From Solirubrobacteraceae bacterium (GTDB taxonomy: Bacteria; Actinomycetota; Thermoleophilia; Solirubrobacterales; Solirubrobacteraceae), in NCBI GenBank assembly GCA_034664525.1, contig JAXDHL010000035.1:1-46345 (forward strand): a stretch of DNA of 46,345 nucleotides. Direction: 5' to 3'. Below, one piece after another: positions 29,552 through 38,539 of this stretch. The first letter of the stretch is position 1. The number at the start of each line of letters is the position of its first letter. The position numbers were made by a program, and so were the translations under genes. The notes beneath the pieces were generated by a model. The model did no database searches, was not told the DNA's origin, and saw nothing but the letters and a program-made list of their open reading frames with translations.

Positions 29552-31204
29552 GTGATGCAGCCCCTGGATCCAAGCCTCGTCCGCTTCCGCGCCGTCGTCG
29601 AAGGCGCGCTCGCCGCCCTCGAGGCGCGCCGGCAGGAGATCAACGACCTCAACGTGTTCCCGGTCGCCGATGGCGACACCGGCGACAACATGGTGCTGAC
29701 CATGCGCGCGGTCCAGGAGGAGCTCAACCGGCTCGCCGACCAGGGCCCGATCGACGAGGTCGGCCGCGACATGATCGTCGAGTCGGTCGCCCGCGCGGCG
29801 CTGCTCGGCGCCCGCGGCAACTCCGGCGTGATCCTGTCCCAGCTCGTGCGCGGCGCCGCCGAGGAGCTGATCTCACGGCCGGGCGAGCTCGTGGACCCGG
29901 AGCTCGTGGCCGCGGCGCTCACGCGCGCGTCCGAGCATGCCTACCGCTCCGTGCGCAACCCGGCCGAGGGCACGATCCTCACGGTCGCGCGCGAGATGGC
30001 CGCCCGTATGACGACCGACCTCCCGCACATGCCGCACGAGGAGCGCCGGCTCGGCCGCGAGGGCGACAGCGCACTGCAGAACCGCCTGATCGCCAACATC
30101 CTCCTGCGCGCGCTCGAGGCGGGGGAGGACTCGCTCAAGCGCGGGCCCGAGCTGCTGCCGATCCTGCGCCAGTCCGGCGTCGTCGACGCGGGCGCCTACG
30201 GGCTGCTGGTGGTGCTCTCCGGCTGTCTCGGCGTGCTGCAGGGGCACGCGCCGCCGCCACTCGCCCATCACGTGCCGGCGCGCGTCTCGCACCCGCAGCA
30301 CGAGTCCTCGACGTTCCAGTACTGCACGAACTTCGCCGTCACCGGCGACGCGCTGGACGGCTCCTACTTCATCCCGCTGCTGGAGCAGATCGGCGACTCG
30401 ATCCTCGTCGTCGGCGACCGCGCGACGCTGAAGGTCCACGTCCACACGGACGACCCGGAGCGCGCGACGGCGATCTTCGCCGAGCACGGCTCGATCTCCC
30501 ACCTCGACGTCGCCGACATGCACGAGCAGGTCGCCGAGCGCGCGGAGCGCCTCGCGTCCGTCGACACCGCGAGCGTCTGCGGCATCCTGGCGGTCGTGTC
30601 CGGGACCGGGATGGCTGAGCTGTTCCGCTCGCTCGGGGTGACGCCGCTGGACGGCGGGCGCACGCTGAATCCCTCGACCTACGAGCTGCTGGCCGGGATC
30701 CACTCCGTGCCGGCCGAGGAGGTCGTGGTGCTGCCGAACTCGCCCAACGTCCGCATGGCGGCCGAGCGCGCCGCCGACCTGTCGGACAAGGTCGTCCACG
30801 TCGTGCCCTCGCGCTCGCAGCAGGCCGGCCTGGCCGCGGCGGTCGCGCTCGAGGCCCACCGGCCGGCGGACGAGAACGCGGCGGCGATGAACGACGCGCT
30901 GGACAACGTCCGCACCGGCGCGGTCACCGAGGCCGCGCGCGACGACGGCAAGTCGCGCTTCCGCGCCGGCGAGGCGATCGGCTTCATCGACGAGGAGCTG
31001 GTCGCCTGGGGTGAGCCGGCGGAGACGCTGCGCAAGGTGCTCGGCGACCTGGCGTCCAACGGTGCGGAGCTGCTGACCCTGATCGCCGGTCGCGGCGCTC
31101 CGCTCGGGTCCGACCAGGTGGCCGCGCTGATGCCGGACGGCATCGAGTTCGAGCTCTCCGACGGCGGGCAGCCCGCCTACTGGTGGCTGCTCTCAGCCGA
31201 GTGA
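29552..31204 (+). CDS. yloV: DAK2-domain fusion protein YloV
   Basis: It has an N-terminal Dak2 phosphatase-like domain (LNVFPVADGDTGDNM, RGNSGVILSQ) and a C-terminal DegV/YloV-type domain. It sits in the conserved rpmB-yloV-recG neighbourhood. Confidence 0.85.
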   Translation: MMQPLDPSLVRFRAVVEGALAALEARRQEINDLNVFPVADGDTGDNMVLTMRAVQEELNRLADQGPIDEVGRDMIVESVARAALLGARGNSGVILSQLVRGAAEELISRPGELVDPELVAAALTRASEHAYRSVRNPAEGTILTVAREMAARMTTDLPHMPHEERRLGREGDSALQNRLIANILLRALEAGEDSLKRGPELLPILRQSGVVDAGAYGLLVVLSGCLGVLQGHAPPPLAHHVPARVSHPQHESSTFQYCTNFAVTGDALDGSYFIPLLEQIGDSILVVGDRATLKVHVHTDDPERATAIFAEHGSISHLDVADMHEQVAERAERLASVDTASVCGILAVVSGTGMAELFRSLGVTPLDGGRTLNPSTYELLAGIHSVPAEEVVVLPNSPNVRMAAERAADLSDKVVHVVPSRSQQAGLAAAVALEAHRPADENAAAMNDALDNVRTGAVTEAARDDGKSRFRAGEAIGFIDEELVAWGEPAETLRKVLGDLASNGAELLTLIAGRGAPLGSDQVAALMPDGIEFELSDGGQPAYWWLLSAE

Positions 31205-31240
31205 CACGGGTCACGCGGTACCGTCTGTCGCGATGACCGG

Positions 31241-34200
31241 ATGACTGACGCGACCGCGGCCCACCACGCGGCCGACGTCGCTCGCCTGCGGTTCCTGGAT
31301 GGCCCGGTCGCGGACGGCGTCTCCGAGCCGCTGCCCCCGTCGCGGTGGAAGCTGACCGACCTGATCGACGTGGACACGATCCAGTCGATCCAGGACACCT
31401 TCGCCTCGGCATTCGGCCTCCCGACCACGACGGTCAACGCCGACGGGTCGTCGGCGACCTCGATCACGCATCGGCAGCGGTTCTGCGAGGACCTGACGCG
31501 CGGCACGCCGCTGGGCGGGGTGCGCTGTCTCGCCTGCGACCGGTCGGCGATGGCGCGCGCCGGCCGCGACCACCGGCCGGCCATCTTCGAGTGCTGGAAC
31601 GGCCTGTACGACGCCGCGATCCCGATCGAGGTCAAGGGGGAGGCCGTCGGGTACTTCCTGGTCGGGCAGGTCCTGCACGGGCCCGCCGACGTCGACCGCC
31701 GGCGGGCCGTCGCCGCCGAGATCGGCGTCGACGCCGACGAGTACGTCGACGCCTTGCAGGAGGTCCGTCGGGTTCCGCTGGATCGCTACGAGGCGGCGGT
31801 GCGCAGCATGCACGTGCTCGGCCAGCTGATCGCGGACCAGGCGGCCGCCGCGATCGACAACCTCAGCGTCCTGCAGGAGGCGCGCGAGGCGCGTGACGAC
31901 GCATCGCGGTTGGTCGAGGAGATCGAGCGCATCATCGAGGGCGTGCGCGACGTCGGCGCGCCACGCGACTACCGGGGGACGCTCGACGCGATCGCGGACA
32001 ACCTCGAGCGTCTCGTGCCCTACGACTCATGCGTGATCCTCGTCGCCGAGGGCGACGAGCTCGTGCCGATGGTCGTGCGCGACCCCTACCCCGAGGCGAT
32101 GCGCCGCCACCGGCCGCGGATCGGCGAGGGGGTCGTCGGCCGGGTGGGGGCGACCGGAGTACCGCGGCGCATCGACGACGTGACCCGCGAGCCCGGGTTC
32201 GAGCCGGTGCCCGGCGTCCCGCTCGAGCCGGAGAGCGTCCTGGCGGTCCCGATGGTCTACGACCGGCGCATCTCGGGCGTGATCGTGCTCAGCCGCTTCA
32301 AGCGCCGGACGTTCAGCGAGCACGAGCTGCGGGTGCTGACGGTGTTCTCGGGCCAGGCATCCGTCGCCGCGGAGCTGTCCGTGCTGGCCGCCGAGAACGC
32401 GCGCCGCCGGCGGGACGAGGAGCTGTTCGGGCGGCTGCGCGGATCGGTCAGCGCGTCCTCGAGCGTCGCGGGGGCACTCGAGCAGATCGCCCTGGTCGGA
32501 CGTGAGCTGCTCGGCGCGGACGCGGCCGTCGCCCGCCTGGAAGCGGACGGGGCCGGGGTGCCCCGCGTGGCGTGCGCCGAGTTCGGCGACGCCGCGGCGG
32601 AGGCGCTGCTGCGAGCCCTGGCGCCCGACCTCGCCGCCGTCCTCGAGGACCGGCAGCCGCGCGTCGTCGCGCACGAGGGTGGTGAGGTGCTCGTCGTCGG
32701 GCTCGCCGTCGAGGACCCGATCGGCGTGCTGCTGCTCGTGCGCGGCGAGCCGGCAACGGAATGGGATGCCGCGGCCACCGGGTCGCTGGTCCAGCGGGCA
32801 TCGATCGGTCTCGGGCTCGCGCTCCTGAAGGACCGCGAGCGCCGGGCCTCCCGCCGGACCCGCCAGATGGCCGAGCTGGCCCGCGCGCTCGTGAGCGCCG
32901 CGGGCGAGGTCGACGCCCGCGCCGAGCTGCTGCTGGGCACCCCCGAGGTCGTGACCGCGGAGTGCTGCGCGGTGGTCTCCTTCGCCGACCGGCCGGAGGT
33001 CGCCGACGTCGAGTACCGCGACGGCCGGGAGACCGTGCGCTTCCAGGTGACGTTGCGAGGCCGCGCCCGGGTCGCAGCGCTGCGGATGCGCACCGAGGGC
33101 AGCCGCGAGCGCGCGCTGTTCGACGTCTGGGCGGACGCGGTCGTGGCCGAGCTCGCCCGGCGCGCCGGCACCGTGGTCCATCTGGCGGAGCCCCTGACCT
33201 CGGGAGAGGGCGTGCACGGCGCCCTGTGCGTGGGCTGGCGCCGGCCCGACGTCTCGCCCACCGCGGAGCAGGGCCGGGCGCTCGCCCTCCTGGCCGATAC
33301 CGCGTCGCCGGCCATCGCACGCCACACCGGAACCGGAGGCGCCGACACGGTGTTGCGGGCACGCGTGCGCGACCTGCAGGCGCTCGTGCGCTTCGCGGAG
33401 CGCACGCACGGAGCCGTGACCGCCGCGGCGATCGTGGAGGAGCTGCTCGCCGCACTGCGCGAGGCCGGTGCGCTCACGAGCGCCTTCCTCGTCGACGACG
33501 CCGGCGGAGTCGTGCTGGAGCCGGGGTCCGCACTCGCTGCCGACGCGGCCGCCGCCCTGGCCACCGGGCTCGTCCCGGACCTGCCGCCCGAGGGCGTGCA
33601 TCTCCGCCCCGGCGATGGCGAGGACGTGCTGGCGATCCCCTTGCGCCTCGCGGCCGGGGGCGACGCGGTCGTGATCGCGGTCGGCGGCGGGGTGAGCGAC
33701 CATCAGCGCGAGACCGTCCTGCTCGGCCTCGTCCATCACGCGGCGCTCGCGCTCGAGAGCGCCGCCGGCCACGAGCACGACCGCGCCGCGCTCACGCGGC
33801 TGGAGCAGGCAAACGCCGAGCTCGAACGCCGCCACGCCGAACTGGAGCGCATCCTCGCCGCGCACACCACGCTGACCGAGGCGGTCCTGGGCGGGCGTGG
33901 CCTCCAGTCGGCCGTGCGCTCGCTGAGCGAATCCGTCGACGGCGAGATCGTCATCGTGACGCCGCGCGATCGCGTGCTCGCCGCCTGGCCGCCGGACTGC
34001 ACGATCGACTGGCGCCCCGACGCCGACTCCGACACGCGGACCGTCGCCGTCGACGGTGAGCAGCATCTGACGTCCGCGCCGGCGCTCGTCGAGGGCGTCG
34101 TGCTGGCCTGGCTGATCGCGCGGACGCCCCAGGCGACGGGCGAGACGGAGCGCGCGGCGCTCGAGTACGGCGCCGTGCTGGCCGCGCTCGAGCTGATGCG

Positions 34201-35020
34201 CGAGCGCACGGCGATGGAGGTCGAGATCCGCCTCCGCGGCGACGTCCTGGACGAGCTCATCAGCGGCGAGTTCGTCGAGGACCTGATCGTCGGCCGCGGC
34301 CGCGCGCTCGGGTTCGACTTCACCCGCCCGGCCCGCGTGTACATCGTCGAGCCGTCGGCGCCGGGCGATCGTCCGCTGCAGCCGGAGGGCGCGCTCACCA
34401 GCCCGCACCCGCTGTACCGCACGGTGTTCGAGTGCGCGGGACAGTGGGGCGAGAACCTCGTGGCCCCTCGCGGCGCGGGCGTCCTGGTCGTCGTGTACGA
34501 GGACGACCGGGCGCCCATGCCCTTCGAGGACGTGCTGCAGCGCACGTGCCGCGAGCGCCTGAAGGGCACGCGCCTGACGATCGGGGCGGGAACCGCCTGC
34601 ACGCGCCCGGTCGACTACCGGCAGTCGTTCATGGCGGCGCGCCGCGGCGTGGACCTGATGCACCTGCTCGGGCGCGCCGACGACGTGTTCTCGTTCCGGC
34701 GCCGCCGGGTCGAGCACATGCTGCTGGAGACGTCGGATCCGCGGGCGCTGGTCTCGTTCGTCGCGACCTACGTCCGACCGCTGGACGAGTGGGACCGCCG
34801 CCATTCGTCGCAGCTGCGCAAGACGCTGGAGGCCGTGTTCGCGACCGGCTTCAACCTCGAGCAGGCGGCACGGACGCTTCACCTGCACGTGTCCACGCTG
34901 CGGTACCGGCTCAAGAAGATCGGTGAGCTGCTGGGCGTGGACCTCAAGGACGCCGACGTGCGCCTCGATGTGCAGGTTGCGCTCAAGGCCGCCCGGACCC
35001 TCGACGTCCACCGCGGCTGA
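31241..35020 (+). CDS. 1259-aa PocR-sensor / multi-GAF / PucR-type HTH transcriptional regulator
   Basis: The N-terminal PocR-like domain reads FCEDLTRGTPLGGVRCLACDRS...FECWNGLYDAAIPIEVKGEAVGYFLVGQV. There are at least one clear GAF-like module (res ~230-390, GEGVVGRV...AVPMVYDRRISGVIVLSR) and further GAF-like segments. The C-terminal PucR/CdaR HTH (LHLHVSTLRYRLKKIGELLGVDL) begins at nt 34874. Confidence 0.8.
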   Translation: MTDATAAHHAADVARLRFLDGPVADGVSEPLPPSRWKLTDLIDVDTIQSIQDTFASAFGLPTTTVNADGSSATSITHRQRFCEDLTRGTPLGGVRCLACDRSAMARAGRDHRPAIFECWNGLYDAAIPIEVKGEAVGYFLVGQVLHGPADVDRRRAVAAEIGVDADEYVDALQEVRRVPLDRYEAAVRSMHVLGQLIADQAAAAIDNLSVLQEAREARDDASRLVEEIERIIEGVRDVGAPRDYRGTLDAIADNLERLVPYDSCVILVAEGDELVPMVVRDPYPEAMRRHRPRIGEGVVGRVGATGVPRRIDDVTREPGFEPVPGVPLEPESVLAVPMVYDRRISGVIVLSRFKRRTFSEHELRVLTVFSGQASVAAELSVLAAENARRRRDEELFGRLRGSVSASSSVAGALEQIALVGRELLGADAAVARLEADGAGVPRVACAEFGDAAAEALLRALAPDLAAVLEDRQPRVVAHEGGEVLVVGLAVEDPIGVLLLVRGEPATEWDAAATGSLVQRASIGLGLALLKDRERRASRRTRQMAELARALVSAAGEVDARAELLLGTPEVVTAECCAVVSFADRPEVADVEYRDGRETVRFQVTLRGRARVAALRMRTEGSRERALFDVWADAVVAELARRAGTVVHLAEPLTSGEGVHGALCVGWRRPDVSPTAEQGRALALLADTASPAIARHTGTGGADTVLRARVRDLQALVRFAERTHGAVTAAAIVEELLAALREAGALTSAFLVDDAGGVVLEPGSALAADAAAALATGLVPDLPPEGVHLRPGDGEDVLAIPLRLAAGGDAVVIAVGGGVSDHQRETVLLGLVHHAALALESAAGHEHDRAALTRLEQANAELERRHAELERILAAHTTLTEAVLGGRGLQSAVRSLSESVDGEIVIVTPRDRVLAAWPPDCTIDWRPDADSDTRTVAVDGEQHLTSAPALVEGVVLAWLIARTPQATGETERAALEYGAVLAALELMRERTAMEVEIRLRGDVLDELISGEFVEDLIVGRGRALGFDFTRPARVYIVEPSAPGDRPLQPEGALTSPHPLYRTVFECAGQWGENLVAPRGAGVLVVVYEDDRAPMPFEDVLQRTCRERLKGTRLTIGAGTACTRPVDYRQSFMAARRGVDLMHLLGRADDVFSFRRRRVEHMLLETSDPRALVSFVATYVRPLDEWDRRHSSQLRKTLEAVFATGFNLEQAARTLHLHVSTLRYRLKKIGELLGVDLKDADVRLDVQVALKAARTLDVHRG

Positions 35021-35023
35021 CCC

Positions 35024-35878
35024 TCACGTCGCGCTGATCAGCATCGCTCCGACGAGCGCCAGCGCGACCCCGGCGCGCTGGCTGAGAACGAGATGCTCGC
35101 GCAGGATCAAGGCCGCGAGCAGCACCGTGACCACGGGGTGCAGCGACGCGAGCACGGCGACAAGGCTCACGAGCCCGTCGTGGGTCGCGATCCCATAGAA
35201 GACGTTGGCGGCCAGGTCGAGGATGCCCAGGGCGAGCACGGCCCGACCGGCGCCCGCGGGGACGGTCATGCGGCGCCGGGTGACGAGCGCGGCGGTGAGC
35301 AGCAGCGCCCCCGCGACGCCGCGGGTGACGACGAGCAGCCCCCACAGGTCCTCGGCGGCCGCCCGGTGCACGGCGGCGTCGAGCGCAGCGAGGTTGCCTC
35401 CGACGCCGATCGCGGCGGCAACGGCGAGGACGATGCTCGCCCTGGCGGCCCGCCGCGCGGCCGCGCCGCCCGGCGGCTCGCGCGACGCGAGGACGATGCC
35501 GGCGATGGCGAGCGCGATCCCGGCGACGTGCTGCGGCCCCGGGCGCTCGCCGCCGAGGACCCCGACGGTGACCGGCAGCAGCGCGCTCATCCCCACGATC
35601 GGCGCGACGATGCTCATGGTGCCGACGGCCAGCCCGCGGTAGAACGCCGCCAGCCCGACCGCGTTGGCGGCTCCCGCGAGCGCGGCGTAGCCCACGGCAT
35701 CGCCCGGCGGGAGGTGTGCCCCGGTCGCGCACACGATCACCGTGCCGACGAGGGCGCCGACGGCCTGGCTGCCGATTCCGATCGCCAGCAGCGGGGCGCG
35801 CCGGTTGGCCATTCCGCCGAGGAAGTCGGCGACGCCCCACGCGGTGGCCGAGCAGAGTCCGAGGGCGATCACCAGCAC
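35024..35878 (-). CDS. EamA/DMT-family transporter
   Basis: It has about ten hydrophobic helices in two EamA-like halves. The chosen start is GTG 35878 (VLVIALGLCSATAWGVADFLGG). The 53-codon upstream extension of the ORF track has visibly poor G/C third-position bias (34 of 52 by hand count). Confidence 0.75.
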   Translation of the reverse strand: MLVIALGLCSATAWGVADFLGGMANRRAPLLAIGIGSQAVGALVGTVIVCATGAHLPPGDAVGYAALAGAANAVGLAAFYRGLAVGTMSIVAPIVGMSALLPVTVGVLGGERPGPQHVAGIALAIAGIVLASREPPGGAAARRAARASIVLAVAAAIGVGGNLAALDAAVHRAAAEDLWGLLVVTRGVAGALLLTAALVTRRRMTVPAGAGRAVLALGILDLAANVFYGIATHDGLVSLVAVLASLHPVVTVLLAALILREHLVLSQRAGVALALVGAMLISAT

Positions 35879-36025
35879 CGGCGTGGATCTTGCCTCATGG
35901 GTGACCGTTGCGACTTGGTGGATTCCTCGGAACCGACGGCCGGATTTGCCACGGATCGTGGATAGACCGCCCGCCGCCGCCGTCGTTGACTGCACGGCAG
36001 TTCCCCACCCGAGGAGACGGACTCG
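35879..36025. promoter_or_regulatory. divergent intergenic region: promoter/operator region for the GS-like operon and the EamA gene
   Basis: About 147 nt of non-coding DNA. It has GTGGAT hexamers at 35883, 35918 and 35958, TTGACT at 35986-35991, and the strong RBS GAGGAG (36011-36016) 9 nt before ATG 36026. Confidence 0.35.
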
Positions 36026-37525
36026 ATGGACCATCACACCAACGGCAGCCCGGGCGCCGCAGCGGGCGACCTCGTCACCGACGCCGGAACGGGATCGTCG
36101 TCGGCGGCAGTGCTGACCGACGCCGGCGCCACGCCGCAGGCGGAGATCGAGGTCGCCGCGACGGTGTCACGCGAGGGCGACGGCGAAGCGTGGGCGCGAA
36201 CGCGCGACGAGCTCGCCCGCCGCGGCGTGGACTACTGCCTCGCGGCGTACGTCGACGTGCATGGGGTGCCGAAGGCCAAGGCGGTTCCGGTTGGCCACTT
36301 CACGCGGATGATGAAGGGCTCCGAGCTGTTCACCGGAGCCGCCCTCGACGGACTCGGCCAGGGCCCGAGCGATGACGAGCTGGCGGTGTGGCCGGACCTC
36401 GATGCGATCACGGTCCTGCCCTGGGAACGCACCGTCGCCTGGTGTCCGGGTCAGCTGCACTACCACGGCGAGCCATGGCCGCTGGACTCGCGGACGGTCC
36501 TGCGCCGCCAGCTCGACCGGGCCGCGGCGCTCGGGCTCCGCTTCAACCTCGGGATCGAGACCGAGTTCTATCTCGTGCGCCGCGAGGGCGACGGCATCGT
36601 CCCGGCCAATCCCAAGGACGTGCTGCCCAAGGCGGCCTACGACGTGACGGGGCTGCTCGAGAACCTCGGCTTCATGCACGAGATCGTCGGCCACATGAAC
36701 GAGCTCGGCTGGGACGTGCACTCCTTCGATCACGAGGACGCCAACAGCCAGTTCGAGCTCGACTTCCACTACGCGGACGGCATGGCGATGGCCGACCGCT
36801 ACACGCTGTGGCGGCTGATGGCCAAGACGGTGGCGCGCCGCCACGGGGTCGAGGCCACGTTCATGGCCAAGCCGTACGCCGACCGGACGGGCAACGGCGG
36901 CCACTTCAACATGTCGCTCGCCGACCTGGAGAGTGGCCGCAACGTGTTCGCCGATCCCGGCGATCCGCGCGGCGGCGGCGTGTCGACGCTCGCCTACCAG
37001 TTCATCGCCGGCATCCTGCGGCACGCGCCGGCGATCAGCGCGGTGTGTTCGCCGACCGTCAACTCGTACAAGCGGCTGGTCAAGAGCGGCTCGATGACGG
37101 GCTACACGTGGGCGCCGGTCTACATCTCCTACGGGCGCAACAACCGCACCCACATGCTGCGGCTGCCCTACGGCAGCCCGCGCGTCGAGTCCCGCGCGGT
37201 GGACACCTCGTGCAACCCGTACCTCGCCGCGGCGATGCTGCTCGGGGCCGGGCTGGAGGGGATCGAGCAGAAGCTCGACCCGGGTGACCCGATCCAGCTG
37301 AACATGTACGAGCAGAGCGACGCCCGGCTCGAGGAGCTGCGGGTCGGCGTGCTTCCGCGGACCCTGCTCGAGGCGGTCGAGGCCTTCACCGCCGACGATC
37401 TCGCCGACGACGTCTTCGGGTCCGATCTCAAGCGCGAGTACGCCGAGGTGAAATCGAAGGAGTGGTGGGACTACCACAACACCGTCTCGGCCTGGGAGTA
37501 CGACCGCTACCTGGAGTTCTTCTAG
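36026..37525 (+). CDS. glutamine-synthetase-family ligase (GS-like 1; gamma-glutamyl-amine ligase candidate)
   Basis: GS catalytic-domain motifs are GIETEFYL, KPYADRTGNGGHFNMS (ATP site), NSYKRLV, RNNRTHMLRLP and SCNPYLA. A ~45-aa low-complexity N-terminal extension still shows coding-like codon bias. Confidence 0.85.
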   Translation: MDHHTNGSPGAAAGDLVTDAGTGSSSAAVLTDAGATPQAEIEVAATVSREGDGEAWARTRDELARRGVDYCLAAYVDVHGVPKAKAVPVGHFTRMMKGSELFTGAALDGLGQGPSDDELAVWPDLDAITVLPWERTVAWCPGQLHYHGEPWPLDSRTVLRRQLDRAAALGLRFNLGIETEFYLVRREGDGIVPANPKDVLPKAAYDVTGLLENLGFMHEIVGHMNELGWDVHSFDHEDANSQFELDFHYADGMAMADRYTLWRLMAKTVARRHGVEATFMAKPYADRTGNGGHFNMSLADLESGRNVFADPGDPRGGGVSTLAYQFIAGILRHAPAISAVCSPTVNSYKRLVKSGSMTGYTWAPVYISYGRNNRTHMLRLPYGSPRVESRAVDTSCNPYLAAAMLLGAGLEGIEQKLDPGDPIQLNMYEQSDARLEELRVGVLPRTLLEAVEAFTADDLADDVFGSDLKREYAEVKSKEWWDYHNTVSAWEYDRYLEFF

Positions 37526-37527
37526 CG

Positions 37528-38517
37528 ATGGCCCTCTTCGGTCGCCGGAGCGCGCCGAGCGGCGGCGAGAAGACACGGATCTTCTTCGTCTCCGACGTCC
37601 ATGGCTCGACGGTGTGCTTCAAGAAGTTCATCAACGCCGCGTCGTTCTACGGCGCCGACGTGCTCATCCTGGGCGGTGACGTGACCGGCAAGATGGTCGT
37701 CCCGATCGCCCGCCAGGCCAGCGGGCAGTACCTGACGCAGTTCGCCGGCTCGGAGCACCGCTTCGACAGCGAGGCCGACCTGCGGTCGTTCGTGACGCGG
37801 ACCGAGAACATGGGCTTCTACCCCGCCGTCATGGACGAGGACGAGTTCCTGAGCGCGAAGGCCTCGCCCGAGGCCCAGGACGCGCTCTTCCGGCAGCTCG
37901 TGGAGGAGCGCCTGCGCGAGTGGATCGCCTACGCCGACGAGCGGCTCGCCGACAGCGAGGTGCCCGTCTACGCCGCGCCCGGCAACGACGACTTCCACGA
38001 GGTGGACGACATCCTCGCCTCGTCGAAGCGCATCCGGCTGATCGAGATGCAGGTGGTGCCGCTCGCCGGCCGGTACAAGATCATCACGTCAGGCTGGTCG
38101 AACCCGACGCCCTGGGACACCGACCGGGAGTGCAGCGAGGACGAGCTCGCCGAGCGGCTGGGGGAGATGATCGAGGAGGTCGACGACTTCGACCACTGCA
38201 TCTTCAACCTGCACGTGCCGCCGCACGACGCGACGATCGATCTCTGCCCCAAGCTCGACGAGCACATGCAGGTCGTCTACGACCTCGGCAACCCCGTGAT
38301 GGCCCCAGCCGGGAGCACCGCGGTGCGCGAGGCCATCGAGCGCTACCAGCCCCTGCTCGGGCTTCACGGGCACATCCACGAGGGCCGCGGCGAGGCGCGC
38401 ATCGGCCGCACGGTCTGCCTCAACCCGGGGAGCGTGTACTCGGAGGGCGTGCTGAACGGCCTGCTCGTGACGCTCGAAGGGTCCCGGGTTCGCGATTTCC
38501 ACTTCACACAGGGCTGA
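37528..38517 (+). CDS. calcineurin-like metallophosphoesterase
   Basis: It starts at ATG 37528, 2 nt after the GS-like 1 stop. Motifs are FFVSDVHGS (DxH), GGDVTGK (GD), APGNDD, NLHVPP and LHGHIHEG (GHxH). Confidence 0.85.
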   Translation: MALFGRRSAPSGGEKTRIFFVSDVHGSTVCFKKFINAASFYGADVLILGGDVTGKMVVPIARQASGQYLTQFAGSEHRFDSEADLRSFVTRTENMGFYPAVMDEDEFLSAKASPEAQDALFRQLVEERLREWIAYADERLADSEVPVYAAPGNDDFHEVDDILASSKRIRLIEMQVVPLAGRYKIITSGWSNPTPWDTDRECSEDELAERLGEMIEEVDDFDHCIFNLHVPPHDATIDLCPKLDEHMQVVYDLGNPVMAPAGSTAVREAIERYQPLLGLHGHIHEGRGEARIGRTVCLNPGSVYSEGVLNGLLVTLEGSRVRDFHFTQG

Positions 38518-38539
38518 GGACGAGGAGACGAGGAGAAGC

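Noticed and set aside
31201-31214. Small hairpin GTGAC-acgg-GTCAC overlapping the yloV stop codon, considered as a possible terminator.
   Set aside because: The stem is only 5 bp, there is no U-tract, and the next gene starts 27 nt later in the same direction. It is too weak to call.
32027-35011. 994-aa minus-strand ORF, plus 32257..33564, 32448..33455 and 32761..34059.
   Set aside because: They are antisense or alternate frames of the PocR-GAF-PucR regulator gene. They are Arg/Gly/Asp-rich, have no domain signatures, and the plus-strand frame carries all the recognisable motifs.
35879-36037. 53-codon N-terminal extension of the EamA ORF, which would overlap the divergent GS-like gene start.
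   Set aside because: By hand count only 34 of 52 third positions are G/C, versus near-saturation in real genes here. The peptide is not membrane-like, and the extension would leave no promoter region. A GTG at 35878 gives a normal EamA N-terminus.
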